64,000 bases of DNA from Selaginella moellendorffii (Eukaryota; Plantae; Lycopodiophyta). This document shows, piece by piece, positions 13,491-25,320 of the stretch. Position 1 is the stretch's first letter, and each line of letters opens with the position of its first letter. The notes under the pieces were generated by a model. The model had not been told where the DNA came from and did no database searches. It saw only the letters and a program-made list of their open reading frames with translations. The translations under genes were made by a program, and so were the position numbers. The stretch covers positions 1 to 64,000 of the forward strand of contig NW_003314449.1 in assembly GCF_000143415.4 (NCBI RefSeq). The letters run 5' to 3'.

Positions 13491-14498
13491 AAATCAGAAT
13501 AATTTTAAAAATCATTTTTAATCTTCAAGATTAGCATTTTCCACAACATCCATGTTAAATATAATATAAATCCCAGCTGAAATTATGTTTCTCTTTTCTA
13601 ATTTACCTTGAAAATGAGTACCATCCAAAGCGAGGGGTGGAAAACTGGAAGCCAATCCGTCTTGAAGGCATTGTGCTGCAATTTAGTCCGGACTTTGCTA
13701 AAGAAATATTCGAATACAATCCATTCGATGATGCCGAAGATATGCTTGACATATGTATGAAGAAAGAATTGTTGTAGATTAGACTTTATAGAACAAAAGT
13801 AATATTAGTCTATGAAAAAGTGTTATTAGTATTTGAAAAGAAAAGACCAGTTTGACATAAAAGGATCAAAATCATCAGGTTCCAACTGTCATGCATGCAT
13901 AGTGTTCCATCAAAGAGCAACAGGCTGCTGAGGACTACCTTGTCCAACTCTTTGAAGCCATCAATTTATGTGCCCTTCATGGCAAAAGAGTCACAATAAG
14001 TAAGTATTCAAATAACACACACAAAAAGATTATAGAATTTATCAACCAGCTCGAAAATTATACATTTAGCCTGTCGGCTTAGAGGAACCTTGGAGCATTT
14101 CATTTGATACTACATGTCTTTTTCTTGCAAATTCACTTAGAGTTTACCATACAGCTTATACTTATTGATTAGAATCCTCAAATTTTCTTAGAAAATTGCT
14201 GCTACTTTCAGGCATAAATCACTGTTAATTTCAGGCATCCTCAACCACATATTTTTGGGAAATTAAATGTTCAAAATAAAACCACTGGAGCGTGTCAAAA
14301 ATATGATCTCTGTTGGATCACTGGTATAACTACCCATTCTCTTGCTGTCAATGTACTTGTGACCGGAAATTAAAAAAACAAATTAGGTGTTAAACCCATG
14401 CTACTGATTCTTGGGTATGGGGTCATGATGAATGAAAGAGATACAATGAACAAAGGCATTGATCATGGTGTCTAATCCCAGAATAATATATATATATA

Positions 14499-14556
<58 letters not shown>

Positions 14557-15105
14557 TTATAAATCGAAATTCATGAGATCCTTTTTTGTTACTGATTAAT
14601 TTATGAGTAAAGTGTGTTTTTCACATTTTATCAACTCTACTTCATGATTCTCTTGTATTAGAAATTATATTTTTGAAACCTAGATATTAAAGAACATAAT
14701 ACTAAAAATTATAAAATTTAATGTAATATACTACTATCCATGAATAATTAAAAAGAAATTCTATATTGCAAGAACTACTGGTTTCTTCTAGCTCTAAGAA
14801 ATTTTTCACTTTATTAATACTATAGAATACCATTATCTAGATAAAATATAAAATCTATTTTCAAGGTAAATTAGAAAAGAGAAACATAATTTCAGCTGGG
14901 ATTTATATTATATTTAACATGGATGTTGTGGAAAATGCTAATCTTGAAGATTAAAAATGATTTTTAAAATTATTCTGATTTGTTGAGGAAGATTTGCGAA
15001 GCACAAAGGCAAAACATAATGACTTTCAGAAGCAAGTTGTAAGAATCTCAAGAGAACTGAGTTTTACAACCAAACACGTTTTATCGGCCCTTTACTAAAC
15101 CGGCC
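13367..15105. repeat. 249-bp inverted repeat (13367-13615 / 14857-15105) around a 1.24-kb AT-rich spacer
   Basis: ggccggtttagtaaagggccg...accttgaaaat is the reverse complement of attttcaaggt...ctttactaaaccggcc, with about 1 mismatch. Confidence 0.93.
14486..14553. repeat. (TA)n microsatellite
   Basis: About 33 TA units with one interruption. Confidence 0.97.
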
Positions 15106-15118
15106 TTTACTAATATGG

Positions 15119-15180
15119 CTAGCAAGGAATCCAGCTCCGCTGGAATAGATAGAACATCTGTTATATAGGTGACATGAATC
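15119..15180 (-). mobile_element. Isolated Helitron 3' terminus
   Basis: Reverse complement of gattcatgtcacc..ccagcggagctggattccttgCTAG, the same as the end at 18295-18355. Confidence 0.8.
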
Positions 15181-15750
15181 CTAAAGAATTAGTTGTTTGT
15201 TTTCATCATCCAGTAGTGAAGTTATGAATTCTATACTCGTTACTAATATGAACTCCAAGGCTTCATGCAATGCCTGCTTGGTTTCAATCAAAACTTGTCT
15301 GGGTAAGCTATGACAATCTGAAAACGTTAAATCTATTAACCACTTAAGTAACACAAGTTCAGGAAATATGATTAGAACCTCAAAAATGAACAAATATTAA
15401 TTTACAGAATCATTAAAGGATATTTTTATATCAGAAAACTAATTTACACTTACATAATTTTATATCTACTTCCCATCAGAGCTGGGATCCTTGATTTTAT
15501 TTTCTGCTAGAATCCCTGCTAATATTTTTTCATTTATTTTTAAATAATTACAAATTAAAATAAAATTAATTATCTATAAACTTGAATTCTCTTATAAAAG
15601 GCTTTGTGATTATTATTACTCTTATAGATTTTATAGATGCTCATGATAAATCTTAGAAGCATACAATATACACTAATTTATTCTATGTTGCACTATTAAC
15701 TATAACTTTTCTATCCCAGTAAATTGTTTTCAAAGCCTTATTTTGGTCCA

Positions 15751-15777
15751 AGCCAGCGGAGCTGGATTCCTTGCTAG
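15751..15777 (+). mobile_element. Isolated Helitron 3' terminus (hairpin + CTAG|T)
   Basis: CCAGC-gga-GCTGG hairpin followed by attccttgCTAGt. Confidence 0.8.
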
Positions 15778-15924
15778 TGGAACATATATGGCTATTTCCC
15801 TTATCCATAAATGATATGCTAAAATCACTCTTGTGCAAGAGAAAATCTGTTCTTGATTCTTGGTAGTCTAAACTGGATAATCTATGCAAATTGTGGAACT
15901 AAGATTCATTATTCCTCTCAAGGA

Positions 15925-18355
15925 GTGAGTAAATACAGAGCACACATAAATGTCAAGGTGTGTTCCACTGTAAAAAGTGTCAAGTATATATTCAAATACA
16001 TATACAAGGGACATGATTGTCAGAGGTATCTTCAAAGGGATGAGAACTCAACACCTGAACAAGTACAAGACTGGGATGAAATAGAGGCTTTTAGAAACTA
16101 CCGCTATGTCTCCACATCAGAAGGAATATGGAGGATCTATGGATATGACTTACATGGGAGATCACATTTTATTGGGAGACTGGACATCCATCTGAAAAAC
16201 CTTCAAAATATTTATTTCAATGATGGTGAGGAAGAGATTGCATCACAAAGAGGCTGTAAAACCAAATTGACAGAATGGTTTGAACTAAACAAGATTGATG
16301 AATTTGCAAGGACACTCTTGTACCACGAGATTCCTGAGTGGTATACATGGAATTCAAGAAACAGAAAGTGGACACCATGCCAAGGTGGTCAGTAGAATGT
16401 ACACTGTATCACCACATGACTCTGAACGTTTCTACCTATGTATGCTCCTGCTCTACAAAAAAAGGTGCTACAAGTTTTAGTGATTTAAAGGTATTAAACG
16501 GTGTTGGATATGACACATACTGTTCTACCACACAAGAAATGGGACTTCTACAGGATGATTATGAGTGGGAGAAATGTTTAGAAGAGTCGTTGACATTTCA
16601 GATGCCTGCAAAAGTAAGGTATCTATTCAGTGTCATGTGTTTGTTTTGTGAGCTCATTGATCCCAAAAAACTATGGGATAAATTCAAGGAAGGCTTGTGT
16701 GAAGACTTGGTCTGAAATCACAACAACTATGAAGCAGCAATGCAACATGGATTGCATGAAATGTGAATATTACTCTAGGAACATGGCAAGAAACTGTCTG
16801 ACTACAAGTTACCAGATCCAGAGTTTATAGGAGATAATGAAACAACAACTGAAACAAGTTGTGTGCCATGCACACCTGACGAAGCTGAATTACTAAAAAC
16901 CAGATTGAACATGGAACAGCTTCACATATTTAACAACTTTTTAAATGCAATAAAAAACAAAAAAGAAACAAGCAGATTATTCTTTGTTGATGGTGTGGGA
17001 AGCACAGGGAAATCATACCTTTTTAACACACTGATAAAATATGTCACTGCTTATGGCATGAAAGTCTTAGCAGTCACATGGACAGGAATAGCGAGTACTC
17101 TTCTTATAGGAGGCTGAACAGCTTATTCAACATTTAAGCTTCCGGTACCAATCACAGAAACATGTACCTCAGACCTACGAGAGAATTCAGCACCTGCCGA
17201 GGTCATAAGAAAAGCTTACCTGCTCATATGGGACGAAATAAGCATGGTACCCATTCACACTTTTAAAGCTGTTGAGAGGGTCTTGCATGACATAAAAAAC
17301 TGTGATACCGAATTCGGTGGCATCACATTAGTAACAGGAGGAGATTTCAGACAGACATTACCTGTTCTAAAAAGAGCCTGTCGCACACAAATTGTCCAAA
17401 ACAGCGTGAAAATCCTCATCAATATGGTGGAAACTTGTAAAGTTCTCATTACATACAAACATGAGGATGAACTCTGAAGAAAAGGAATGGTCTAGATGGC
17501 TTGTAAAGCTTGGAAATTGTAACCTACCTAGCCTCCAAGGATTCAACCAGGAAGTTATAAAATTACCTCTAACATCGACATCCAGAGAACAAATGATAGC
17601 TAATGTGTTTGGAAAGCATATACAACCAAATGACCCAAACCTATCACAGATAGCTATTCTCACGACTTTAAATGATATCTCTCTACAAATGAACAACTAA
17701 GTTCTTTCGAGAATGACTGGCAGAACAATAACATACAGAAGCATTGATATTGTAGAAACAGATTTGGAAGAAGAGATGTTGGACTATCTTGTAGAATTCT
17801 TAAACTCAGTAACACCATCTGGAATGCCTCCACACAAGCTACAGATAGAAATTGGATGTATCGTAATGTTGTTATGCAACATTGACACTAAAATGGCCTT
17901 TGTAATGGCACTAAACCAATTATAACCAAGGCACTACCAAATGTTATAGAAGCTGAGATTCTACATAATGGTATGTAAGGAAAAAAAGTCCTCCTACCAA
18001 GAATCTCTTTAAAACCAACTGACAGAGACATGCCATTTATCCTCAAATGATGACAATTCCCAGTAAGGATTGTGTTCTCCATAACAATTTGCAAATCTTA
18101 TGGACAAACATTACAGAATGTGGGTATCTACTTGCCAAGACCAGTTTTTGGCCACGGTCAACTTTATGTTGCACTTTCAAGGGGAACATCAAAGAAACAA
18201 ATTACAATGTTTATTGAATAATGTGAAGGACAAGGTGTGCTCCAGAACCATAATGTCTATATGAAAAACATTGTGTACAAAGAAATTCTTTAAGATTCAT
18301 GTCACCAATGTAACAGATGTCCTATTTATCCCAGCGGAGTTGGATTCCCTACTAG
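15925..18355 (+). mobile_element. Helitron RepHel C-terminal remnant (5'-truncated, many stops and frameshifts) with intact 3' end
   Basis: AHINVKVCSTVKSVKYIFKYIYKGHD, RYVSTSEGIWRI, FVDGVGSTGKSYL, WTGIASTLL, GGDFRQTLPV, PSGMPPHKL and VFGHGQLYVALSR; subterminal hairpin cccagcggagttgg, then CTAG|T at 18352-18356. Confidence 0.95.
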
Positions 18356-19469
18356 TGATAAATTAAACGAGGAACACCCACATAGTGAATGTTAATGGAT
18401 TGTGCGAAAGGAAATATATTTCCAAGGATGGATTCCCAAATGCGCTAATTTGGTAAAGGTAAAAGCTCCAAAATAAATGGAGTAGTAAAATAGTCAAATG
18501 ATAGGGCCATAGATAACCCTAGCACGAATTATGGATAAATAGAGCTTAGTGCCAAAGGTGGTATGAAATAAAAAAGAGGATTATAGTGCCCTACAATAAA
18601 GAACCTTTTAATATAGGGAAGTGGGATTTGCATAACTGGTGCAATGCAAGATATCATACACACTTAGGAAATTGACTAGAGATGTCAATATTAAAGTTTC
18701 AAAGGGCAATAGTTATGTTGGTAGAGGCCAAGGCTACTCCTAAATAAGTAGTCAAATTGAAATCAAGACAATGTCTCTAACACATTTAGTATAAACTAAA
18801 CGAACAAAACGAGAAGAACCATCATAAGTGGTGTAATGAGTCTCTAAGTTGGAGAAACGATGCTACTTAGAGGATGGATAAGGCATGGTGAGCCTTCAAT
18901 GATTGAGTCTTTAATCTACACCATCCAAAATGCCATGTGGCAAATTTTAACGCAAAGGGGTTAATAATGGTTTTGGAAAACGTTTTGTTGTGATGAATGA
19001 ATATTAAGTTGCAAAATGGCCTTGTAGTTTTTACTCTTGCTTTTGAAATAATACTAATGGAGTCATATGGACTGGCACCGGCCTCTTACCAATCACTCAT
19101 GAGAGATTCACTTTCCAATAAGGTGTCACATATAGGATTATACAGTAGGACGGTTTAGAGTGCTGGGGCGGCACTCTTGTAGGCTGGAGATCTGGTTTCC
19201 ACGAGAAACAATGGAACTAATGTGCTACGACGCTGCCTTGAAGTGGCAAGAGGGAAGCTGGAGCTCTAGATCAAGGAAGTGAAGGGATGGCTGATGAAAC
19301 TCGCGAGTGGTAAGGGGGAAATTAGTCCTTCGACTTACAACACTGCCTAGGTCACCTGAATCCTGTCCAACTCTGACTCCTCTCTAAGGGTAATACATGC
19401 TAGTGTTACTTTATAAAATGGTTTATCATTTGATGAGGACATCGAAATTCGTCTATGAGTGGTGGAGTT

Positions 19470-21020
19470 ATGAGACACAAATCCCAAAGCCCCAAAAAGT
19501 GAAGCCAAAAGGGTGCCATATGGTAGTGGCTGAAACGGAAGCCAAATGAGAGTAACACATTTAGACTAAAAGCTCCGACTTAAAAAGTTGAGAGTGGGAG
19601 TGGAATTCCAAATGAAGTGGTTGAGGGATGAGCACTAAACAATCAGTGAATAAGTCTCTAAAAAGGGACACAAAAAGGACTGACACATGACAAGAGTCAT
19701 GACACATAGAAGTGTCAGGAATGAGTCTGAAAAAGAGTTTGAGAAACAGTCCAAAAACGAGTTTGATATGGAGTCCGATATGGACCTAAGATGGTGTCCA
19801 AGATGGAGCTAGATATGGACTTGAGATGGAGTCCGAGAGGGACCCAAGATGAGTCCCAGATGGACTCGAGATGGAGTCCGAGGTTGAGGCTGAGAAAGAG
19901 ACTGAGACTGAGAGCGAGACCAAGTCTAAGACTGAGTCTGAGTCTGGGTTCGAGTCTGACCGAGTCTGACTCCAAGTCTGAGACCGAGTTTGAGTCCGTG
20001 TCCAAGTCTAAGGTTGAAAGCCTAAAGTGATCGTCTCCTAGACCCTAGGGGGCTTTGTTGAGCTCTAAAAGTATAATTGGGGGAGGACTCCAGTAGAGCC
20101 AATTTGGCTAAGAAAGGCTAATGTAACCAAAGAAAGATTATACCCATGTGTTGGGTGATGATATAATGACTAAAGAGTCCAAGGCTAGAGTGAATACAAA
20201 CAGACAAACATGGTAGCTTGGTGAAGTGTTTAAGTGCCAACTCTATCTCCCCCGAGAGATTGAATGGTCAATGCTCCCAATCCAAGTATGGGTGGCACTA
20301 CCTACTTAGATATCTGACATGGCTCATTAGAACCTCATTCTAGCCACATGTTTAAAACACTGAAGGGCAGAAGGTGGGGAGAGTACTAATGAGGCTTGTG
20401 TAGGGCTATGGTGTTTCAAAATGTCATCTCAAAGTCCCGAATTGTGGAAAGGAAGAGTAGTCCTCTGGTGTAGTGACCAATATAATCATATAGTGAGGAA
20501 GTCCTAGAGGTTAGTGGGACTTAGTGGTTGAGCCTTTGGGCCTTGACCTAATGGTAGTGTTAGCAAGCACGGCCCTGGATGGAGAAGGACTTGGTGGGAA
20601 CGGAAAAAAGGGATATTGGGGAAAGGTGTTCCCCATGTCTAAGGGTGTCTAAAGGTGTTCCCCATCCTAAGGATGCTAAGATGTGGTCAAGGGATGGCCA
20701 TTCATCGATGGATGGCTCAGTTTTTGAGAGATGGGATTGTGATGTAGATGGTCTTGGACTAGCAATGTGCTAAAGGTGAATAGGCATGGCCTTAATGTAA
20801 TGGGTTGATATATTAGTCGTACCTTTGAGTGTCAAGCATGGGATCAGACACGTGGAGCACTTGGACCAAGTGCAAAGGTTGAATAATATAGATGCCATTC
20901 ATGGGGCTAACATTTTCTCAAGTCAAAAATAAGACTTTGGAGTTCATGAGTGAGACTCTTCTAAGTGGTCAAAGGTGTGATTAAGTGGCTAAAGTAGAAT
21001 GGAAAAATTAATTACATACA
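19470..21020 (+). mobile_element. Old decayed LTR of the same family as 56007-57833
   Basis: Collinear similarity from tatgagacacaaatccc.. through the gagatggagtcc/gagtct repeats to gtagaatggaaaa..taca. No TSD recognisable. Confidence 0.85.
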
Positions 21021-22519
21021 TCTAAGTGTTGTTGGAAGTGTGTAGTTAATTGGTCTTTATAATAGTCAAAGTAGCATTGTTCCATTTTCTTGAGTCTTAA
21101 GATTTCTTTGTTTAGCAATAAGTTAGTGGATTTATAGTCTAATGATTTTGATCCCAATTGCAACTAGCATTCATAAAAGCTTATTATGAAAGACTAATAT
21201 AATTGGTATAAAACTTCTTGTTTATGTGTTCTCAAGAAATTAATGAAAGTGTTAAAGAAAATATAACCTTAATAAATCCAAGTTAGGCTTTGGACTTTTG
21301 TGAAATGGTGAAACCAAATATGGTCTTTCTTATGTATACTCCCATTTTTCTTGGCTATTCTTTTTGTTGACTTGTTTATTAGCATTTTCTTTGTCTTTAA
21401 TCTTTAAAACAATGTTTTTGTGATGTAGTAATCACACCATCTCTTTAGGTAGCATTTGGTATAGGGTTTGATACAGTTTTGAAAGCCATAAAAGAGACAA
21501 CTTTCATATCTTTATAATTGTGTTTTTTTAATAGTTTTCTATATTTGTTAAAATCTTTCTTCAGTGTCGAAAAATCTTTCTTGAGTTCATTTAGTCTTGA
21601 GTGTTAAGAACTTTTCTTGAGTATCAAAAAATTCTCTTGACTGTCAAAACCTTGACTCTTCATCTACCTCTTGCTAAATCAATTGTAACTGCTTTAAATT
21701 TAGAGAAGAGTTGTGGAGCAAAGCCTTGCCATCTATAATCAAATTGTGTTGTTCTTTTTTTGTTGAAATTTTTTGTGATATTTAAGATTTCTTCATTTTC
21801 TTGCTTTCCTTTTTTTCTACTTTTCTTGAAAATTTTCACCAGAAATCCATTTCATCTTGCAATGCCTCATATCCCACCATAGTTTCCAATGAAAACTTGT
21901 AGAAAAATATGCTAAAATACCTATGCTATAAAAGAAATAAAGAGGAAAAGAGAATAAGAGAGAAAGAGGGAGGGAAAAGAAGAGTTGATATTTTTGATCC
22001 CCAAGAAGGCTAAAGGTTTGCCTTCCAGACCAAGCTCCCCACATTCACTTCTTGGTTGCCCCACCACTCTTGGGCTCTTCCTCGCAGCCTAAACTATTTG
22101 AGGGATCTATCATGGACGTTGAAGGGGATGGCTTCCAGCCAATCCTCCCTCGGACAGTAGGAATGGCAGTCAAGTGGATTCTGCCTAAGTGGGAAAGAAG
22201 TCCTATAGAGGCGGGAAACTGATTGATGTGCTGCAGGAGCACAACCTTCCTATAGGTTGTCACCATTGATGACTACCAGACACACATGAAGAGTGCCATC
22301 ATTGAGTGGACAGGCTTTGCAAAATACACTATCCAAGGCTTCTTTTGGACAAAGTAAAGGGGGAAGATGACTGTAGTGTGGACCATCTCCACAGAATGGA
22401 GGGTGAGACCCCGCAATACCTCACTTTTTTGGAAGTACATGGCTTCATGAAAACACTCACGATTGTCACTTGGAACTATTGAGAACTCAACTAGACCATC
22501 AATCAACTCAACAAAAGGG

Positions 22520-24048
22520 CACAACTCAAGTCTCACATCTACGAGATTAGCTTAGAAGGAGGCATTGACATCTTGTGTCTACAAGAGGACAAAATGACTG
22601 AGGCCCTAGACTACAACTTTGGTATGAGGGGACGGCTCTAGTGGAACCCAGCCATGCAAGCGGTGGCCAAATCAGGAGGTGGCATAGCAGTGATAGTCTC
22701 AACCAAATGGTCTACTCAGGTATGAAACCACATTGTCCTGGTTCCGGGAAAGGTTCAACTACTCATCCTTCATCTCCATTTTGGACTGGTAGGGATAATT
22801 AATGTCTATGCACCAATGACAAAAGGGAGACATGTAGAATTCTGGCTAAGCATGCTGCAATCTACCCAAGGGCAAGCAGATGAATGGCTGGTCCTAGGAG
22901 ACTTCAACATGGTTGAGGACATATACGATCATAGGGGAATGCAGGAAACAATTCAGCCACGTGAGTGGGAGTAGTGGAGTCAGCTCGTGGATGTTCTAGA
23001 GATCATGGACCTCCAACATGCAGCAGGGTTCATACCTCATGCTCATCCCTTTATGAGGTGGTAGATAGTGACCTCACAGTCGAGACTAAGCCAAATTTAT
23101 GCCTCAACTCACATACGACAAGATGGTGGAAGCCTTAAGATATGGCTTAGTTTCACCTCCTCAAATCATGACCCCCTCCGCTGTGTGATCAAGCTTCAAA
23201 GGATCAAGCAGTCTAGTGATCAATCACAAGAGCAACACTGTGAAACTCAGTGGCAATCGGGCTAATATATGACAGCCTCACACAGGACAAGATGGGACTG
23301 ATCCCAATGCTCCTGTCTTGCTCCTAGAAGCTCCGAGCATGCTAGAAGGATCTCAAAGGAGCAGTGATGAAGGATGTGAGACTGGCTAGGCAGAAGGTGG
23401 CAGTAGTGCACAAGATGTTGCTGAACACACAAAATGAGAACAAGTGGCAAGTAGTACTGGATGAATAGGAAGCCAAGCTACATGATCTGGAGTATGCAGC
23501 GTGGAGCAAGGGCGTCTAGGCTATGGAAGATGGATGGGTCCTAAACAAATGCCTTCTCAACAAGGCTTTCTTTAGGGGAATTAGGCCAGTGACTGACTCT
23601 CCTCCCATCCTGGGACTAAAGCACAGCAATGGGAGGGTTGTTGAGGACCAACAAGGGATGCAACAGCTCGCCTAGGAGTTCTACCAAGTGTTATACACGG
23701 CCTAGTAGTGGACTCTAGAAAGGGAAAATGTGGCAATGGAAGTGCTTGCATCCCTTCCCCGGCGTGTCGCCCATGAGTGGTATGACTCACTGAGGATAGA
23801 CTTCACACTGGAGGAGCTTTGGGAAGCACTCAAGAAGCTCAACAACAACAAACAGCTAGGTATTGATGGCCTCTTGCCCATTTTCTTTGAAGAGCATTGG
23901 GAGACTATAGGCCATTGCTGCTACAAGCGTGGTGGGATGCTCAACGTGATGGTTGCCTCATGAGATTCTCGAGGGCTAGATTGCACTTATCCCAAAGAGG
24001 GGGGACTTGCAAGAGTTGAGAAACTGGAGGCCGATCTCCATTCTCCTT
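22520..24048 (+). mobile_element. Decayed non-LTR retrotransposon (L1/Tx1-like) ORF2 remnant
   Basis: APE endonuclease motifs IDILCLQE, INVYAP and WLVLGDFN; RT-proximal LKKLNNNKQLGIDGL and IPKRGDLQELRNWRPISI; many stops. Confidence 0.85.
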
Positions 24049-24203
24049 TAGTCACTTAACCACACCTCCAAGAGGAGTCTCATTCATAACCTCCATAAGT
24101 CTAATTTAGAACTTGGGGCTTGCTAGCCCCAAGAATGGCATCCATGCCACTTAAGCTTTTGCACTTGGTCTAAATGCTCCATGTTTTCGATCCCATGACC
24201 AAC

Positions 24204-25129
24204 TGTCGTGAATGTGACTTCGGGTATCGAAAGATACTTGTCGGCCAGTCCTTACGGGCACTCTTTCCTTACTGCCACGACAGCAGGAGGTCGGTACTGC
24301 TGGTTCCCTTCAATAGCCCCTCTTGTCCAAGTGTTAGCTTACTGGGCTTAGCATCTGTACTTAGCCAGATGAACATAAGGTAGGAACTCCTATGTGTTTC
24401 TAGCTGAGCATTCTCGGCCTGGCTCTTAGTTCTCTTTTGCTCTGTCTTGCACTGGCTTGGCAAGAACCCTCGCGTATTGAGCTAGTCCCTCAATATCGCT
24501 GGATGATAGCTTACCGTGTCTGCCAAACACCCTCGCTATCATGCCCTTAGTGTTGGTCTCATTTCGGTCCCATATGCTAATTATGGAAAGTGTCTAGATT
24601 CGCTCATTTGGCATATCTACAGAATGTAGAGATCGGCCTGAACACAATGGTGTTCATCTCGTGTCCAAATTCACAATCTAAGGCCATTCCATATTTAGTA
24701 AGTTTCGGACTTGTCCCAGAGATTAACTCCTGGTACTAAGGGAGGTTTGGGGTGAAAGCCCAAAGCATGTGTCCCTCAAGGGGGGGGGAGGGGGGGGGGG
24801 CTGTGGGGGGTTCCAAATGTATAGTAGGGATAGTGGTTGGAATGCATGTCCAACCACCTGAGACATTAGTTTGGCTCCCGCTGGGCTGTGTTGCTCCTTG
24901 TTCTGCGTCCGGCTTGGGTCTAAGCCCAAGCTCCACGCTGCTTTAGTCGGTGGAGTACCCTCCTCCTCGCGTTAGGCCACCGGTATGCCAAAATTGTGCC
25001 AGACTCCGTTTGACACCATTTTGTGTGCAGGTGCTAGATACGGGGAGCTGGTGCTCGTGGGATTGTACCGGACCCTCGTTTCGTAGCGCAACGGGCTTGG
25101 AGTTCGGCTCCAAATTCAGGTGCGCTACA
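24204..25129 (+). repeat. 5' LTR (926 bp)
   Basis: tgtcgtgaatg...tgcgctaca; about 97% identical to the 3' LTR by manual count; long G tract at 24780-24800. Confidence 0.97.
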
Positions 25130-25143
25130 TTTAGTATTAGAGA
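25130..25143 (+). promoter_or_regulatory. Primer-binding site (degenerate tRNA-iMet type)
   Basis: tttagtattagaga directly after the LTR. The related copy at 45249-45262 (-) reads tttggtattagaga, close to the canonical TGGTATCAGAGC. Confidence 0.7.
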
Positions 25144-25320
25144 AATTGTCTTAGCGATTTCTATCCAACTTTTGTCGGATTTTCTGACTCAAGTTGCATA
25201 CGCAGAGACTTTTCTAGTAGATCCAAAGCGACCTGTGTAGGATTAGTTGGATAGCACCATTCGGTAAGAACGTTGTACGCATGTTCAGTTACTGATAGAG
25301 GCATGCATGCAGCTAGCAGG

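Noticed and set aside
13367-15105. MITE or MULE defined by the 249-bp inverted repeat
   Set aside because: No TSD at the outer ends, and half of each arm belongs to a local segmental duplication.
18360-19460. Possible further retroelement remnant
   Set aside because: Too decayed; no motif or terminus could be identified with confidence.
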